Positions 52,001 to 64,000 of a stretch of DNA of 64,000 nt are shown in pieces. Position 1 is the first letter of the stretch, and the number at the start of each line of letters is the position of its first letter. This DNA comes from Felis catus (Eukaryota), in contig NC_058368.1 of assembly GCF_018350175.1 (NCBI RefSeq), forward strand, positions 117,926,001-117,990,000. The letters are read 5' to 3'. A program made the translations under genes and the position numbers. The notes under the pieces were generated by a model. That model ran no database searches. It was given only the letters and a program-made list of their open reading frames with translations, and was not told the origin of the DNA.

Positions 52001-52849
52001 CATACTAAAGTAAAAACTGAAAATTCCAGATGTTTATGCTCCATTCGTATGAAGATCCAGAGAACTCTAAACATTGTGAAATCACCAGTGCAATATTGGG
52101 TAGGGCGTCAGGCCAGACTGAGCTTTATTAAGAGATTGATAAGGCCATATTTCCTCAATACTCTAGGCCTTCACCTTCCAGCTTTGTATCCCCCAGAGGC
52201 TCGTCAGAAAGACTGGAGAGCCTTGGTCAGCTCCCACCCCTCTCCAACTGGAGAGAATCACGCCACTGATTTGGAGGCATTCGGAAGGTGGGGGTTCCCA
52301 CTGGATCTGGGTACCCCACTGAACCCACACTTTTCCTTTCAGCACTAACCATGTTTGGGGGGGTCCTCGGAACCTCAGTGTGCCAGAGCACAGCCTCCTG
52401 CCCTCACCCAGACTTGGCAATATGGATGCCCATCCATAGCTGCTAAATGAGGCAGCCAGCAGCTCTCCCCTGTCCTCACCATCCAGCCCCTCCAGCCCAG
52501 TTTGCTTCAACGCCCAAGGCTCAGCCTTCAAGCTGTGCAACCATTTTCGCTTCTCTTGCCTTCTTTGCCCACTATCCCCAGCCCCAATCAAAGAGAATTG
52601 GGAAATCGTCTTCTTGCACAAGAGTAGCTACTGTCTAAATGCCTTTTGATCGTCTGCATGGAGGGGGAACTGGGCACAGCTCTGGCCCCAGTGATGAAGC
52701 CAAGCTTCAGCAACCCTGACTGCCCAAACCCGCCTTTGCCCCCACCCCCCTTCTTTGCCCCTGTGGCCTTGGGAGATTCGGAATTTTCAGAACGTACCGT
52801 CTGTATCTTCCTCTCTTCTCGGTGATGTCAAGCCTGGTACCACCAAGAA

Positions 52850-54800
52850 GGAAGGAGGGAAAGCGGGAGCCTTATCTCTCCTACGCACGCAACCTCTTCC
52901 TCCAGCTCCCACACGCCCGGCGTTATGTAAACGCACCTTCAGCCCCCACCACAGCCCCAGCGCGGCCCGGCCCCAGGGCCTGGCACAGCTCGGTGCCCCG
53001 AGAAGGGAGGCACGAGGAGGCCGAGGTGCCTCTGGCCCTGCAGAGGCCGGGAAAGGAAAAGGCAACTGCAAGGCAGTTGCACAGCATAAAATGCAGCAGC
53101 AGAGCAAAGGTCAGACGGCGAGGAACCGCCTCGCCAAAGAGAGGGAGCAGAAATGCCCAGTCCCGGACCAACCCCGTGCTGACCATCGAGGGGGAGGCAG
53201 AAGGGTAGAAAACCCAGTCCGTCACGGCTCCGACGGGAGAAGAAAAACCTACGTCGAGCATAGGCCGCTGCAGTGGGCTGGGAATATCTGGGCAGAGCTG
53301 GCACCGTGGGCACGGAGCCCGGGGTGGGCAAGCCGCCCAGGGCAAGAGCGCCCGCCGGACCCAAGAGGTGGCTCCTGACCGAGCCCAGAGCCTCCTGTTC
53401 CAGCGCTCGAGGCGGGTGGTGGCAGGAGGAGGGAAGAAACCAGGCCAGAGGCAAACTCCCGGGACACGCACGGGGCTTCCTGAGTCGCAGAGTGGAGAAG
53501 CCGGGCTTGGCAATGCCCCGGGGTCGGAAACTCCGGTGCCAGGCTGTGAACACCCCCGGCGCCGTGCCGGCCCAGCCGAGGGCGTCAGGGAGCTGCGGCA
53601 CACCGCAGTGGCTCAAGGAGGCGCAGGGAGAGGAAAGGAACACTGAGGCGCGCCTAGAAATAGCGCACCATTTGCCCCAGCCGAAGGGGAGGTCGCGTCG
53701 CGGCTCAGAGGGGGCCAGTTTCGGATCCCGAAACCGGCCAGGGACTTACTTTGAGGAGCCGCAGAGCCATAAGCATTGCTCCACGCCTGTATAAATCTCC
53801 GAACCCGGGCGGGTCAGACGCTGCTGTCCTCGCAGACGTCGGCGGGAGAAACCGATAGGACTCCTTGCGCTCCGCAGCGCCAGCTCCGCGCTGTCAGCTC
53901 CTCTCGCTGCCTCCGCGGCGGTGTTGCAACCACTGCCTGGGAAAATGGCTTTTTTATGAATGGGAGGGAAGGGAGCTCCAGTGCGCACGCGCCCCGTTCG
54001 CGATTCTATGAATGGGTGGGCACAAGAGACCCCGCGCGCGCATGCGCCGCGCTCCTTTTTTTATGAATGGGGGGCCGGAAAAGGACTTAACCCCTGATTG
54101 CTGGGGCTGACTCTAGCTCCTCTGAGGCCGTCGTTCTTTTACAAAAAGGGGTGGAGGTTGTTGTTGCCTTTTTTTTTTTTTTTTTTTTTTTTTTAATGAA
54201 TGGAGGGCGGCGGCGACTGCTGCAGCTGGCTCAGCTGCGCGGGCTGTACCCCCTCCCAAGCCTGCGAGAGGAGGTAAAGGCCACCTTCACGCCACTGCGG
54301 GCCTGGGCAGGAACCGTCAGTGTCGCTGGGGGGCGGGGGGCACTGAGGCCTCTGAATCCTGGGCGGAGAGCCGGGTGGGGAGGACACACCTAGATCTTGG
54401 GATCTCGAACTGCCGCAGGCAGTCGCGGGGCGTGGGGGGGGGGGGCGGGAGGGGGTTGGCGGGAGACGGGAAGACCCCTGCTGTGGCCCTTATCTTTCTC
54501 TAGCCTAGGGGCGTCGGGTGGGGGGAGGGGTCTTGAAACTACGCTTACCAAAAATTAAAATGTCAAATGTCCGTAGCACAGAAGGGCATAGTGGGGGTTG
54601 CTTGAGTGCATCTGGTTCCATTACTAAGTCTGAGTCTCCCTTGAGTGAGTGCAGACCACCCCACCCCCCACCCCACCATTTCTTGGGCGTGGACAGCGAC
54701 AAGACCGAGACCTCTTCCTTTTCCAGTACCCTCCCCCGACCGACGCTGGCGACTCAACTAGAGGAGCCCAGGCTCTCGCCTTGCAGTGCACGCCCTCCAT
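52850..54800. promoter_or_regulatory. CpG island / SPRY4 promoter
   Basis: High GC and dense CpG compared with the rest of the window, spanning exon 1. Contains an NRF1-type palindrome GCGCATGCGC at 54038-54047 and a CATAAAAA element just upstream of exon 1. Confidence 0.85.
53750..53940 (-). other. SPRY4: SPRY4 exon 1 (5'UTR); TSS approximate
   Basis: Lies in the CpG island and ends in the strong donor CTCAAA|GTAAGT (GT at 53749-53748). The sequence GCAGTGGTTGCAACACCGCCGCGGAGG...GAGCTGACAGCGCGGAGCTG resembles the human SPRY4 mRNA 5' end (recalled). Confidence 0.8.
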
Positions 54801-56389
54801 GCCCCAGTGTATTGTCCGCAGTGCCCTGGCGCCTGCCCGCCCTTGGCTGCCCTCACTAGCTGCTTCACTCTCCACCCCCGTGCCTTTTCCAACCCTGAGG
54901 AGCCTATGTCCCCCGAAGGCTATGGCCCCTTCCTCCAGTAGGAGCCTTTTCTTCATCATCCCCATCAGCGCCCTTCCGGGGAAGCGGGAACAGCCGAGAA
55001 TTGGCCAGGTGGATGGGTGGAGTCGGCAGAGCCGAGGATGCTGCGGGAGTAGCCATGGGATTAAATAACAACAGGGTTCTTGAGCCGCAGAGGAAATGGA
55101 AATGGCCGGGGGTCCTTTCTTTGCAGTTAACGATGCTGATGGGGTTATCCCATCAGTCTAGGCCGTTGAAAAAGAAAAGCCCCAGCCTTTAGGCCTGACT
55201 CTGTGAAGGCGAGGAGCCCTCACAACAGCCTCAGGCCCAGCTCCGCCCAGGAAAGGAGGATGCTGTAGCCTGGGGGGCACGGAGGGGGAAGTCCAGCGTT
55301 GGGGGTGGCTTTGATACAGGGATGTGAGCTGGGCCAGGGCCTGAATCCCCCTGTTTCTCTTGCTGGTGTTCTGGCTTCACTGCCAGAGGTTGTGAGCTGC
55401 CCTTTTTCTTTCTACGCCACCAAAGGACTGCGCTTGGCTGTTGTCAAAAGAGCCAATGAAAGGCTCCCAGTCCAGGCCAGAAATCTGGCCTGGGGCTGGG
55501 GCTGGGACTGGGGCTGGGGCTCAGGAGACTGGCTGCAGAGGGACATTTTGCAAACCCAGACTAGAACTCAAGGTTACAGAGTCTCAGTCTAAAATGCCTT
55601 CTCACTACTCAGATGTAGCTTTGCAGTGTGATTTACTTAACTCAGCTCCTGGGAGCAGAGCTCCTCCTCGCCTAGGGGACCTCAGTCTTTGAGGGCCAAG
55701 ACCTTACTTAAAGTCAAAAGAAAAACTCTTTACTACGGCAGTAGAGAGTATTACAGTTGTTGAGGATTTCTCTTTGCAGGTACTGAAGTTCGGTGTCATT
55801 ATTACCATTTGTCAGATGTAGGAATTGAGGCCAAGCGTCCTTTACCTGCTCAGTGGAAGATCTAGTGAATATAGTGCTGATTTTCCAGATCTTTGCAACC
55901 TAGCTCTCTCTACTTTGCTACCACCCCTTCTCAGCATCACAAACATAAAAACCTGGTGTTTTGTTAAGTCATTTAAGCACACTAAACAAGGAAAGTTGGA
56001 GCAGTAATTTTGCAGCCAGTGATCTCTCTGGGATTTGCTTGAACAATTAAAAGGATGGCAGTAAATACATCCTTTCTAAACCATCAAAGGACAGCAAGAT
56101 GGTGGTAGTAGTTTGGGTTTGCTGTCCTCTTTCCTTTCTTTAGGGGATTTAGCCGAGACAGACGGGGTTCCATTCCTGATCTTTTCCCAGCTTTCCTGAA
56201 GCATGAGGTGAAGAAAGCACAGCCTTGGTGGGATGGTGAGAAGAAGGAGGAGCCCCCAGCCCTGGCCTGGGAGGAACCTCTGATGTGTAAGTAGAGTGTG
56301 ATTCCAGAGTGTCTGGGAGGTAAGTGATGGTTATATTCTGCTCCTGCTTGGAACCTAAAGAGAGGTTTGGGGCAAGTGTTCTGAGAAAT

Positions 56390-56447
56390 GCATGTATGTA
56401 TGTATGTATGTATGTATGTATGTATGTATTCATTCATTCATTCATTC
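56390..56447. repeat. (TATG)n(TTCA)n, probably an L2 tail
   Basis: Direct observation, followed by L2-like sequence. Confidence 0.8.
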
Positions 56448-59317
56448 ACATATCATTCTGTGTAAGAGTCCATCCTGACTCTGAGGACTCAGTGGTGAGA
56501 AACAGTGTTCCCTGCCCTTGTGAAGCTCACAACCTTTAGATGAGACAGACAGACCATGCAATTTGAGGCTGTGATAAGTGCCAGGAGGGGGTCTGACTTG
56601 AGACCTGAAATCTCAGAACGGGTGAGCCTGAGGGAGGTTGAGGGAGCCTGGTTGGAAGCCCTGTGGGGGCAAAGGGCCTGATGTGGAAGTGCTGATGGTA
56701 GGGCTCTGTGGCCACAGCTTGGCAAGTAAGGTGGAAGTTGGCCTGGTGAGGAGTTCAGATATTATCCTCTTAAGGGTTTTAAGCAGGGTCGTGACACATT
56801 CTAGCTTGTGTTCTAAACCTCTGTAACAGCCCAGAGGCCCGTGGCCTGGGGGTGAGGGGACAGAGTGAATGGTGACAGGGAGATGCAAAATGTTTGCTCC
56901 CCTGACGGGCTGAAGGTGCCATATTTGTTCTTTGGGGTTAGGTGGACAGTAGGCCTGTGCTTTTTTTTTTCTCTTCTGCTTCATCTGACTTTGTTTATTC
57001 CAAAGCTGCTGTCTCCTGCCCAGGTATAACTTTTCTGCTAGAGGCAAATCCTAACGGCCCTGCATTCCTGCCTGTGCTAATTATAGTCCTATCACCCCAA
57101 CCTCAATGTAAACATCTTTACCCCTACCAGATCATGGCCAGGGAGTGGGTTCACTTCTGGGCTTGGCTGTCTTGTTAAGCCCCTAGCCTTGCCAGGACCT
57201 GGAGCAGTTAGTGGGAGTTAGGAGAGGCAGGAATTCCAATTCACTGACAGACATTCATGGAGCACTTACTGTGTGCCATGTGGGTGCACGGTGTGTTTTC
57301 CTATGTACTGCTCCTTTAAAAAGCTGTATGCTGGGTTGTAGCCTTTCTCTTTGTCAGATAAGAAGTCAGAGGCTATGTCTTAATTATTTATTAATTCCAC
57401 CAAAAATTTTTATGCACTCCCTGTGTGTCAGGCACAGTGCCAGGTGTGGGGTTATCCTGAGGGGAAAAAAAAATAGATACAATTTTTGCCTTTATAGAAC
57501 TTTCACTCAGGGGTGAGGTGGGTGGGGGTAGGGTGTGCTTTTCCCCCTGTTACCTTCATCAGCGCCCTCGTTCATTTCTATATTCACAGTTTTCAACCTT
57601 ACATAAAGTGCTAAGCAGTGGAAGCCAAGCCCCCCAGCCTAAACAGATTACCTGCCCCCCACTTGTAATCAAGTAGGGGAGATGAGACATTAAACAGATA
57701 ATTGATCAAAGACTGATTTAATTACAGTGATGTGACAGAGAGTGCAGAGAGCAAAGTAGGGGGACACAGCCTGGGGGCCCTGGGGAAAGCTTCCCTGCGG
57801 TTCCGATCTGCAGAATGCAACCTCAGCCAAGCTGGGCTCAGTGGCAGAAAGCTCAGAAGCAGAAAGGGGTCTTGAGGAGTGCTCGAGGATGTGTCAGACC
57901 TGAGTAAGAGCTCTCTTCTGGCCTAGCTCCTAGGCTTTCTGGCTCCGTGTGTTCATTGGTTTCAGCTTTGAAGGCCGGAGACCTTGAAAGATACATGTGC
58001 AGACATGGAGCACGGATTGCTGAAGTCCTCTCCTACCCTTACAAGCTCCATAGCCTTGGACAGGTTCTCCAAACTTTGGATACCTCAGTGTCCTCCTCTG
58101 TAATATGAAAACTGCTAGGTGCACTTACCACAAAGGGTTCACTGGAACCTGAATGGAAAAATGTACACAAATAACTTAGAACAGCATCTGGCGAATTCTA
58201 AATGCAAAGCATACATTTAGATGATTCTTCAACACACCCGGCCGTGTTCATGCAAGGAATGAGTTAGAATTTTAAGAGGAGTCCATTTATGTGGGCTATT
58301 CCAAACTTTGGAAAGAGAAAGCTAACCTAAACTGTAAACAAAGTTTTCACTGCTAATAAACAGTTAAAACAGTAATACTTTGGCTGTCATTGTTACTTTA
58401 ACTAGAACAATTTTTGCAGGACAAAAAAATTAAGCTAGATTCAGCTGTGTGGCTGGGTATTTTAAATAGTTCACCAGAGAGTTGATTTGAACCCTGGCCA
58501 ATATAGATGCTTGAATTTTGGCGATAGCACATGTGTTACCAGTATAATGCAGAAAGTATGCTGAGTAATGATTCTGTTGTATCAGTAGGGGGAAGGGGTA
58601 CTAAGCACTTGGTGACTTTGCACTATTCACAGTGTCTTCAAGACTCTATTGTAAAGAGGGCATAGCCGTAGCATCTGCTTCAGAGGGTTGTTATGAGCAG
58701 TAAGGGAGGGAAGTATGTTTTTCAAGTAACTTAGCTCAGAACCAAGTGCACAGCTATTTTTGTGGTCCTCTACTTGATCTGTGTAACAGGATATTTTAAA
58801 GATTTTAACTTGGTTATGGTAACACAGGTCACTGGCTTCCTTTGCCCCAGTTTTCCTCAAAGATCCTTGGTTTTCACTCTTTGCCGAACAGGGCTGTAGA
58901 ATGGTATGCAAAAGAAGGATTCCACGAGACCTCACATAATTCAAGAGTAATTTCCTCATAGGTGTGACGGTGAAGTCAGATTTGCCCGGTATCAGTTTGG
59001 GCTTCTGAGTCAAGATTTTTGTGAATATATTTATACGGCACGGTTCAGATTTGCCTTAGTTCAAGTTCACATAAAATGCAAGTGCCCTGTTTATTTCAGG
59101 TGTGGGAGCTACCTCCAGAGCAACCACTGAAAGAAGGAAAAAATGCCAGAAATAGCCCCCTTGGTCCTTTTTTGCAAATCACAGAAATCCCCTAGTAACT
59201 TGAAAAATCAGGTGGTAGAGTAGTTGGCAAATTCTGGCTTTAGGGACAGACAGACTTAGACTGTGCCCAAAGTAATGCCACTTAATTGTTGATGGATCTC
59301 AGGTGAGTTACTGGTCC

Positions 59318-59540
59318 TTTTTAAAAAAAATTTTTTAATGTTTACTTATTTATTTTGAGAGAGAAAGAGAGAGAATAGAGTGGGGGAGGGGCAGAGAGAG
59401 AGGGAGACAGAGAATCTCAAGCGTGCTCTCACTGTCAGTGTGAAACCCCATGTGGGGCACGAACGCAAAAACTGTGAGATCGTAACCCAAGCCAAAATTA
59501 AAAGTCAGACACTTAACTGACTGAGCCACCCAGGTGCCCT
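59318..59540 (-). mobile_element. Can-SINE inserted in a MIR
   Basis: Reverse SINE, TSD gagttactg(g/a)tccttt (59305-59320, 59541-59556). Confidence 0.9.
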
Positions 59541-61044
59541 GAGTTACTGATCCTTTAGACCCTCAACCTTATCTATATAATGGGCGTGATGATTTATTCC
59601 TACTCCATAGGATGGTTCAATAAATACCTCATAAATGTCTGTATCCTTCACACAACAGAATGGGGACCCTGGGAGAAACACAGGGATGAGGAATGGATGT
59701 CTACACCCCGGGGATCAGCAACTTTCCAGAGGCCTGATCTTGCTTCATGAGGGAGATGGGGGCGTTGTCCTTCTTCCTGACTTGACAGTTGTACTTTGGG
59801 CCCCTTTTTTCTCCCCTGACCTCCATTTACGCCACTTCATTTGCTCATTTATTCACTTGCACATTCATTCATTCAACCAATATTTAAGCACCTTCTAGGT
59901 ACCAGGTGCCATGCCAGCCCCCAAGGATACAACAGTAAATACATTCTAGGAATCCCCTGTTCTCCTAGGGCTTAGTGTAATGATGGGAGCAGATAATGAA
60001 AAGTAAACACCCAAAAAATAACAATTTCAGATGTTGGTAAAATCTACAAAGGGAATAATAGGGGGAGGTGACAACGAATGGGGGACTGAGCTGGTCCCTT
60101 TAGGGAGGTCGGGGAAAGCCTCTCTAGACAATCTGAAGGCTGAAGAACAGGAGCCATGGAAAGGCCTAGGAAGGAGGGCACAGTGAGCACAGAGGCGAGG
60201 GCCAGCAAGGGCTGGCACGTTCCAGGAATACTGACATCTTGGGTCTGAGGCTGGAGTTGCTCATCTCTGCTTGAGGACATTCTGGCCTCCTGCAGCTGAC
60301 TTGCATCACACTGGGGCTGGCCCAGGCTCTGGACTCTGGAGTACACAGCCAAGTGCACCAGCCTCAGGCCTTGGGGAAGAATTTACAACCATCCTGAGCC
60401 TGTTTACCACCTGCCAAGGAGCCCTTGGAAGGCACAGGCTCTTTCTCAAAACCACTTTTTACAGAGCCGTGTACAAAGCAATTCAACTGGATAGGATTTT
60501 TCCCCCTTTTCTTCAGTGATCTTTTTTTTTTTTTTTTTTTATGTATAACATATTAGTTGAACCACACGAAATTGCCGATATTCAACCACTTCTCATGTAC
60601 AAAGATGGCAATTTCATGCAATTCAATATAAATTTCATGTAATTCATTTGGAAAACTGCACAAATCAAGTATACAACTCAGTGAATTTTCACTAAATGAA
60701 CACAACTGTGGAATTAGTGGACAGGTCAAAAAACAAAACACTACCAGCATTCCGGAAGCCACATTCATGCTCCTCGCATTGCTCACCATCACCATTCCCC
60801 ACCTCCACCCGCAAGAGTAATCACCGTCGTGACTTTTAGCACCATAGATTAATGTAGTCTATTTTTTTATCTTTCTATAAATGGAATTCTATAGTAGATT
60901 CTTTTTTGTGTGAGATTCATGCATGTGGTTGCATATAGTTGTAGTTTCTTTTTTGTTGCTATATACAATTCCAAAATAGAGTTGTACTGCAGTATATTTA
61001 TTCCTTCTATTATTGATGGGTATGTATATTGTTTCCAATGTTTA

Positions 61045-61982
61045 CTTTTTTTTTAAGGTTTTTTATTTATTTTGAGAGAGCGAGAGAGAAAGAGGGAGCA
61101 AGAGCAGGGGAGGGGCAGAGAGGGAGAGAGAGAGAATCCCAAGCAGGGCCCGACAGAAGGCTCAATCCCTTGAACCTCGAGATTAGGACCTGAGCCAAAA
61201 TCAAGAGTTGGAAACCTAACCAACTAAGCCACCCAGGTGCCCCTCCAGTGTTTAGTTTTAAAAATACTGCTGAGGCACATGGGTGGCTTAGTCGATTAAG
61301 CCTGTGACTTGATTTCAGCTCAGGTCATGATCTCATGGTTCGTGGATTTGAACCCAATGTGGGGCTCTACAGTGACAGTGCGGAGCCTGCTTAGTGTTCT
61401 CTCTCTCTGTCCCTCCCCCACTTGTGCTCGCTCTTTCTCACAAAATAAATAAATAAAATTAAAAAAAAGAAAATACTGCTTCTAGGGGGCACCTGCCTGG
61501 CTCAGTCTGTAGAGCTTGTGACTCTTGACCTTGGTGTCGTGAGTTTGAACCCCATGTTGGGCATGGAGCCTACTTAAAAAGAATAAAGAAAGGAAAAAAA
61601 AAAGAATGCTGCTTCTAGGGGAACTTGGCTGGCTCATTTGGTCGAGCATGCAACTCATGATCTTGGAGACATGAGTTTGAGCCCCGTGTTGTGTATAGAG
61701 ATTACTTAAAGTATTAAAAATCAAAAAGAATATGGCTTCTGTTAATAGTCCTGTATATGATTTTTAATAGATTTTTTAAAAATTTAAATTTAATTTTGAG
61801 AGAGAGAGCGTGTGCATTCGTGCACAACCTGGGGAGGAGCAGGAGGGCAGGGGGACAGAGTATCTGAAGCAGGCTCTGTGAGAACAGCAGACAGCCCTAT
61901 GCGAGGCTCGAACTCATGAACTGCGAGACCATGACTTGAGCCGAAGTCTGTCGCTTAACTGACTGAGCCGCCCAGCAGCCCC
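61045..61982. mobile_element. Cluster of five Can-SINEs (61045-61243 -, 61273-61470 +, 61485-61602 +, 61618-61726 +, 61770-61982 -) inside an old L1M
   Basis: Five heads and tails are visible, and the flanking sequence is L1M-like (60540-61045). Confidence 0.85.
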
Positions 61983-62914
61983 ATCCTGTAGCCGGCTTTT
62001 GTTGAAGACCTGTTTATCTGTTGGTGGATATACACTGAGAACTGGTTTGGCTTTAGTGAGTACTTCCAGTTTTCCCAAGCGGTTCTACTAATTCACATTC
62101 TCTGCACTGCTTTCTTCGCTGTTCCCTTGCTGTCTAGCTCTTGGGCCAGGTTCTGTGCAAGGAATGAATAGAAGGGAGATAATCGTGACATGCGTCATGG
62201 GATGAGTCTCAGTTTGTGCACTGATTAAGAGCACAAGTGGGTTCAATTGTTACTCAGCACCTCTGTTTACCTACTACCTCTGAGGGCAAGTCAGCCAACA
62301 TCACTAGGCCTTAAGTTCTTCATCTATAAAGTCAGATAAACATAGTAGTTCTTATCTCTCACAGGGTTTTTTACCCACTCCTTTAAATGTTTGTGGACTG
62401 CCTCTTGTGTGCTGGGCTCTGTTCTTGGACACTGAATTCACGGGGTGCACAGAACAGAGGAGGCTTTGCTCTCGTGGAATTTATACTCTAGTTAGAGGAG
62501 GCAGATAATAATGGAGCAAACAAAGAATTAAGATAATTTTAGATAGCAATAGATATTATGGAGGCAATAAAACAGGGTGCCATGATGGAGCGTGGAGGGG
62601 AGGGTAGTAGGGAAGTCAGGGTGGTAGTAACTGAGCTGAGACCCAAATGACCAGAAGGAGGCACCTGTAGGTGGATCTGAGGGAAGAGCACTCTATGCAG
62701 CAGGGCTAGCTGGTGCAAAGGCCATGAGGTAGGAACAGGTTTCGTGTATGTGAGTTGCAGAAGGAAGGTTTATGCTGCTGGAGTGAAAGGACTAGTGGGT
62801 GGGCTGTTTGAGATACAGCAGCAGAAATAGGCAGCGGTCAGGTCCTGCAGGGCTTCGAAGGCCATAGTAAGGAGTTGGCATTTTATCTATGTATTTTTTT
62901 TAAGTTTTTGTTAA

Positions 62915-63230
62915 AAGTGTTTTTTAATGTATATTTATATTTGAGAGACAGAGTCCAAGTGCAAGCTGGGGAGGGGCAGAAAGAGAGGGAGACAGAAAAT
63001 CCAAAGCAGTCTCCAGGCTCTGAGCTGTCAGCATAGAGCCTGTCATGGGGCTTGAACTCACAAGCCATGAGATCGTGACCTGAGATGAAGTTGGATGCTC
63101 AACCAACTGAGCCACCCAGGCGCCCCTAAGTGTTTATTTTTAAGTAATGTCTGCATCCATTGTGGGGCTCAGACTCAGAACCCCAAGATCAAGAGTTGCA
63201 TGCTCTACCAGCAGAGCCAGCGACGTGTCC
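62915..63230 (-). mobile_element. Can-SINE plus short old SINE in tandem
   Basis: Reverse SINE ending cccaggcgcccc at 63127, then a second short reverse head. Confidence 0.85.
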
Positions 63231-63333
63231 TGCATTTTAATATCAGTGAAAGTTATTGAAGTGTCTTAAGTAGGGGACCACTATGAGCTAATTTACATGA
63301 AAATTGAAAGATTATATGCTTATATATATGTAT

Positions 63334-63357
63334 ACACACACACACACACACACACAC
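63334..63357. repeat. (CA)n microsatellite
   Basis: Direct observation. Confidence 0.9.
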
Positions 63358-64000
63358 TTAACACAGAGTCTGGCATAGAGTGATGTTTGGTAAATGTTGT
63401 TATTATTCATGTTCTTAAAGAATCTAAAAATTTTCATCCTCATTGAGGATAAGGAAGCCAAGGCATAGAGCCATTACCGTCCATATATAAAGTCAATCAA
63501 ATCAGACAACAAAGTGTAGATTTTATTAATCAAAGGAACTGCTTTTGGTCTCTTTCCCAAATGGGAATTTTAAGGCAGAGGAGTTTCTCTGTGGTTAGCA
63601 ATTGTCTGAAGCCAACCAAACTCAACTCCTTCAGCCCACCGCGCCAAAATGCCCAGAGTTCAGTCACTTGGGTCCCATTGGCTGTGGCCCATCCATCATT
63701 TAGGGCCCTTGGAAAGGCTAGTGGTTGATTGTTAATCCGTCTACCTTTGCTCTGGGTCTGATGGGTCAACAATGGGGAGCCATTCCCCGTCTTCCACCTT
63801 CAGTGTCCACCAGGTTTACTGAGACACCATCCACTGCTGTGGCTTGGAGGCTTTCCTACCATGTTCTTGCCATATACACAGCCCAGAGAGTGTTTTTATG
63901 TTTAGGAAAGGCCTTTGAAGGCAGCTGCATTTAATTTTCTCTGACATAGAGAAATGACAAGTAAATAATCTTTGAATGAATGAATGCAGATTGGGTGATG

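Noticed and set aside
52755..53794. Several 170-234 aa ORFs on both strands
   Set aside because: Stop-poor CpG island with low-complexity Pro/Arg/Gly/Ala translations and no recognisable domain.

Overview
Mammalian genomic DNA, most likely from a felid: it carries many cat-type Can-SINEs and carnivore L1 3' ends. The only protein-coding gene I can support is SPRY4 (Sprouty 4) on the minus strand. Its parts are a CpG-island promoter and non-coding exon 1 (~53750-53940), a small optional exon (49031-49079), a terminal coding exon (acceptor at 44517, 299-aa CDS at 44468-43569) and a ~3.7 kb 3'UTR ending near 39877. Intron sequence at ~47240-47830 resembles the human lncRNA SPRY4-IT1. The downstream flank (1-33.5 kb) and far upstream flank (>59 kb) are rich in repeats, including a ~8 kb two-LTR ERV1-like provirus at 13840-21789 with many nested SINE/L1 insertions. 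I see no prokaryotic-type or wholly new system. The most interesting signals are in the SPRY4 5' leader: a splice-dependent uORF whose stop overlaps the long-isoform ATG, and an N-terminal extension that apparently keeps its length but not its frame relative to human. Repeated Capicua-like motifs lie at the promoter. All comparisons with human sequences and repeat consensus sequences are from memory and need alignment. Repeat boundaries are approximate.
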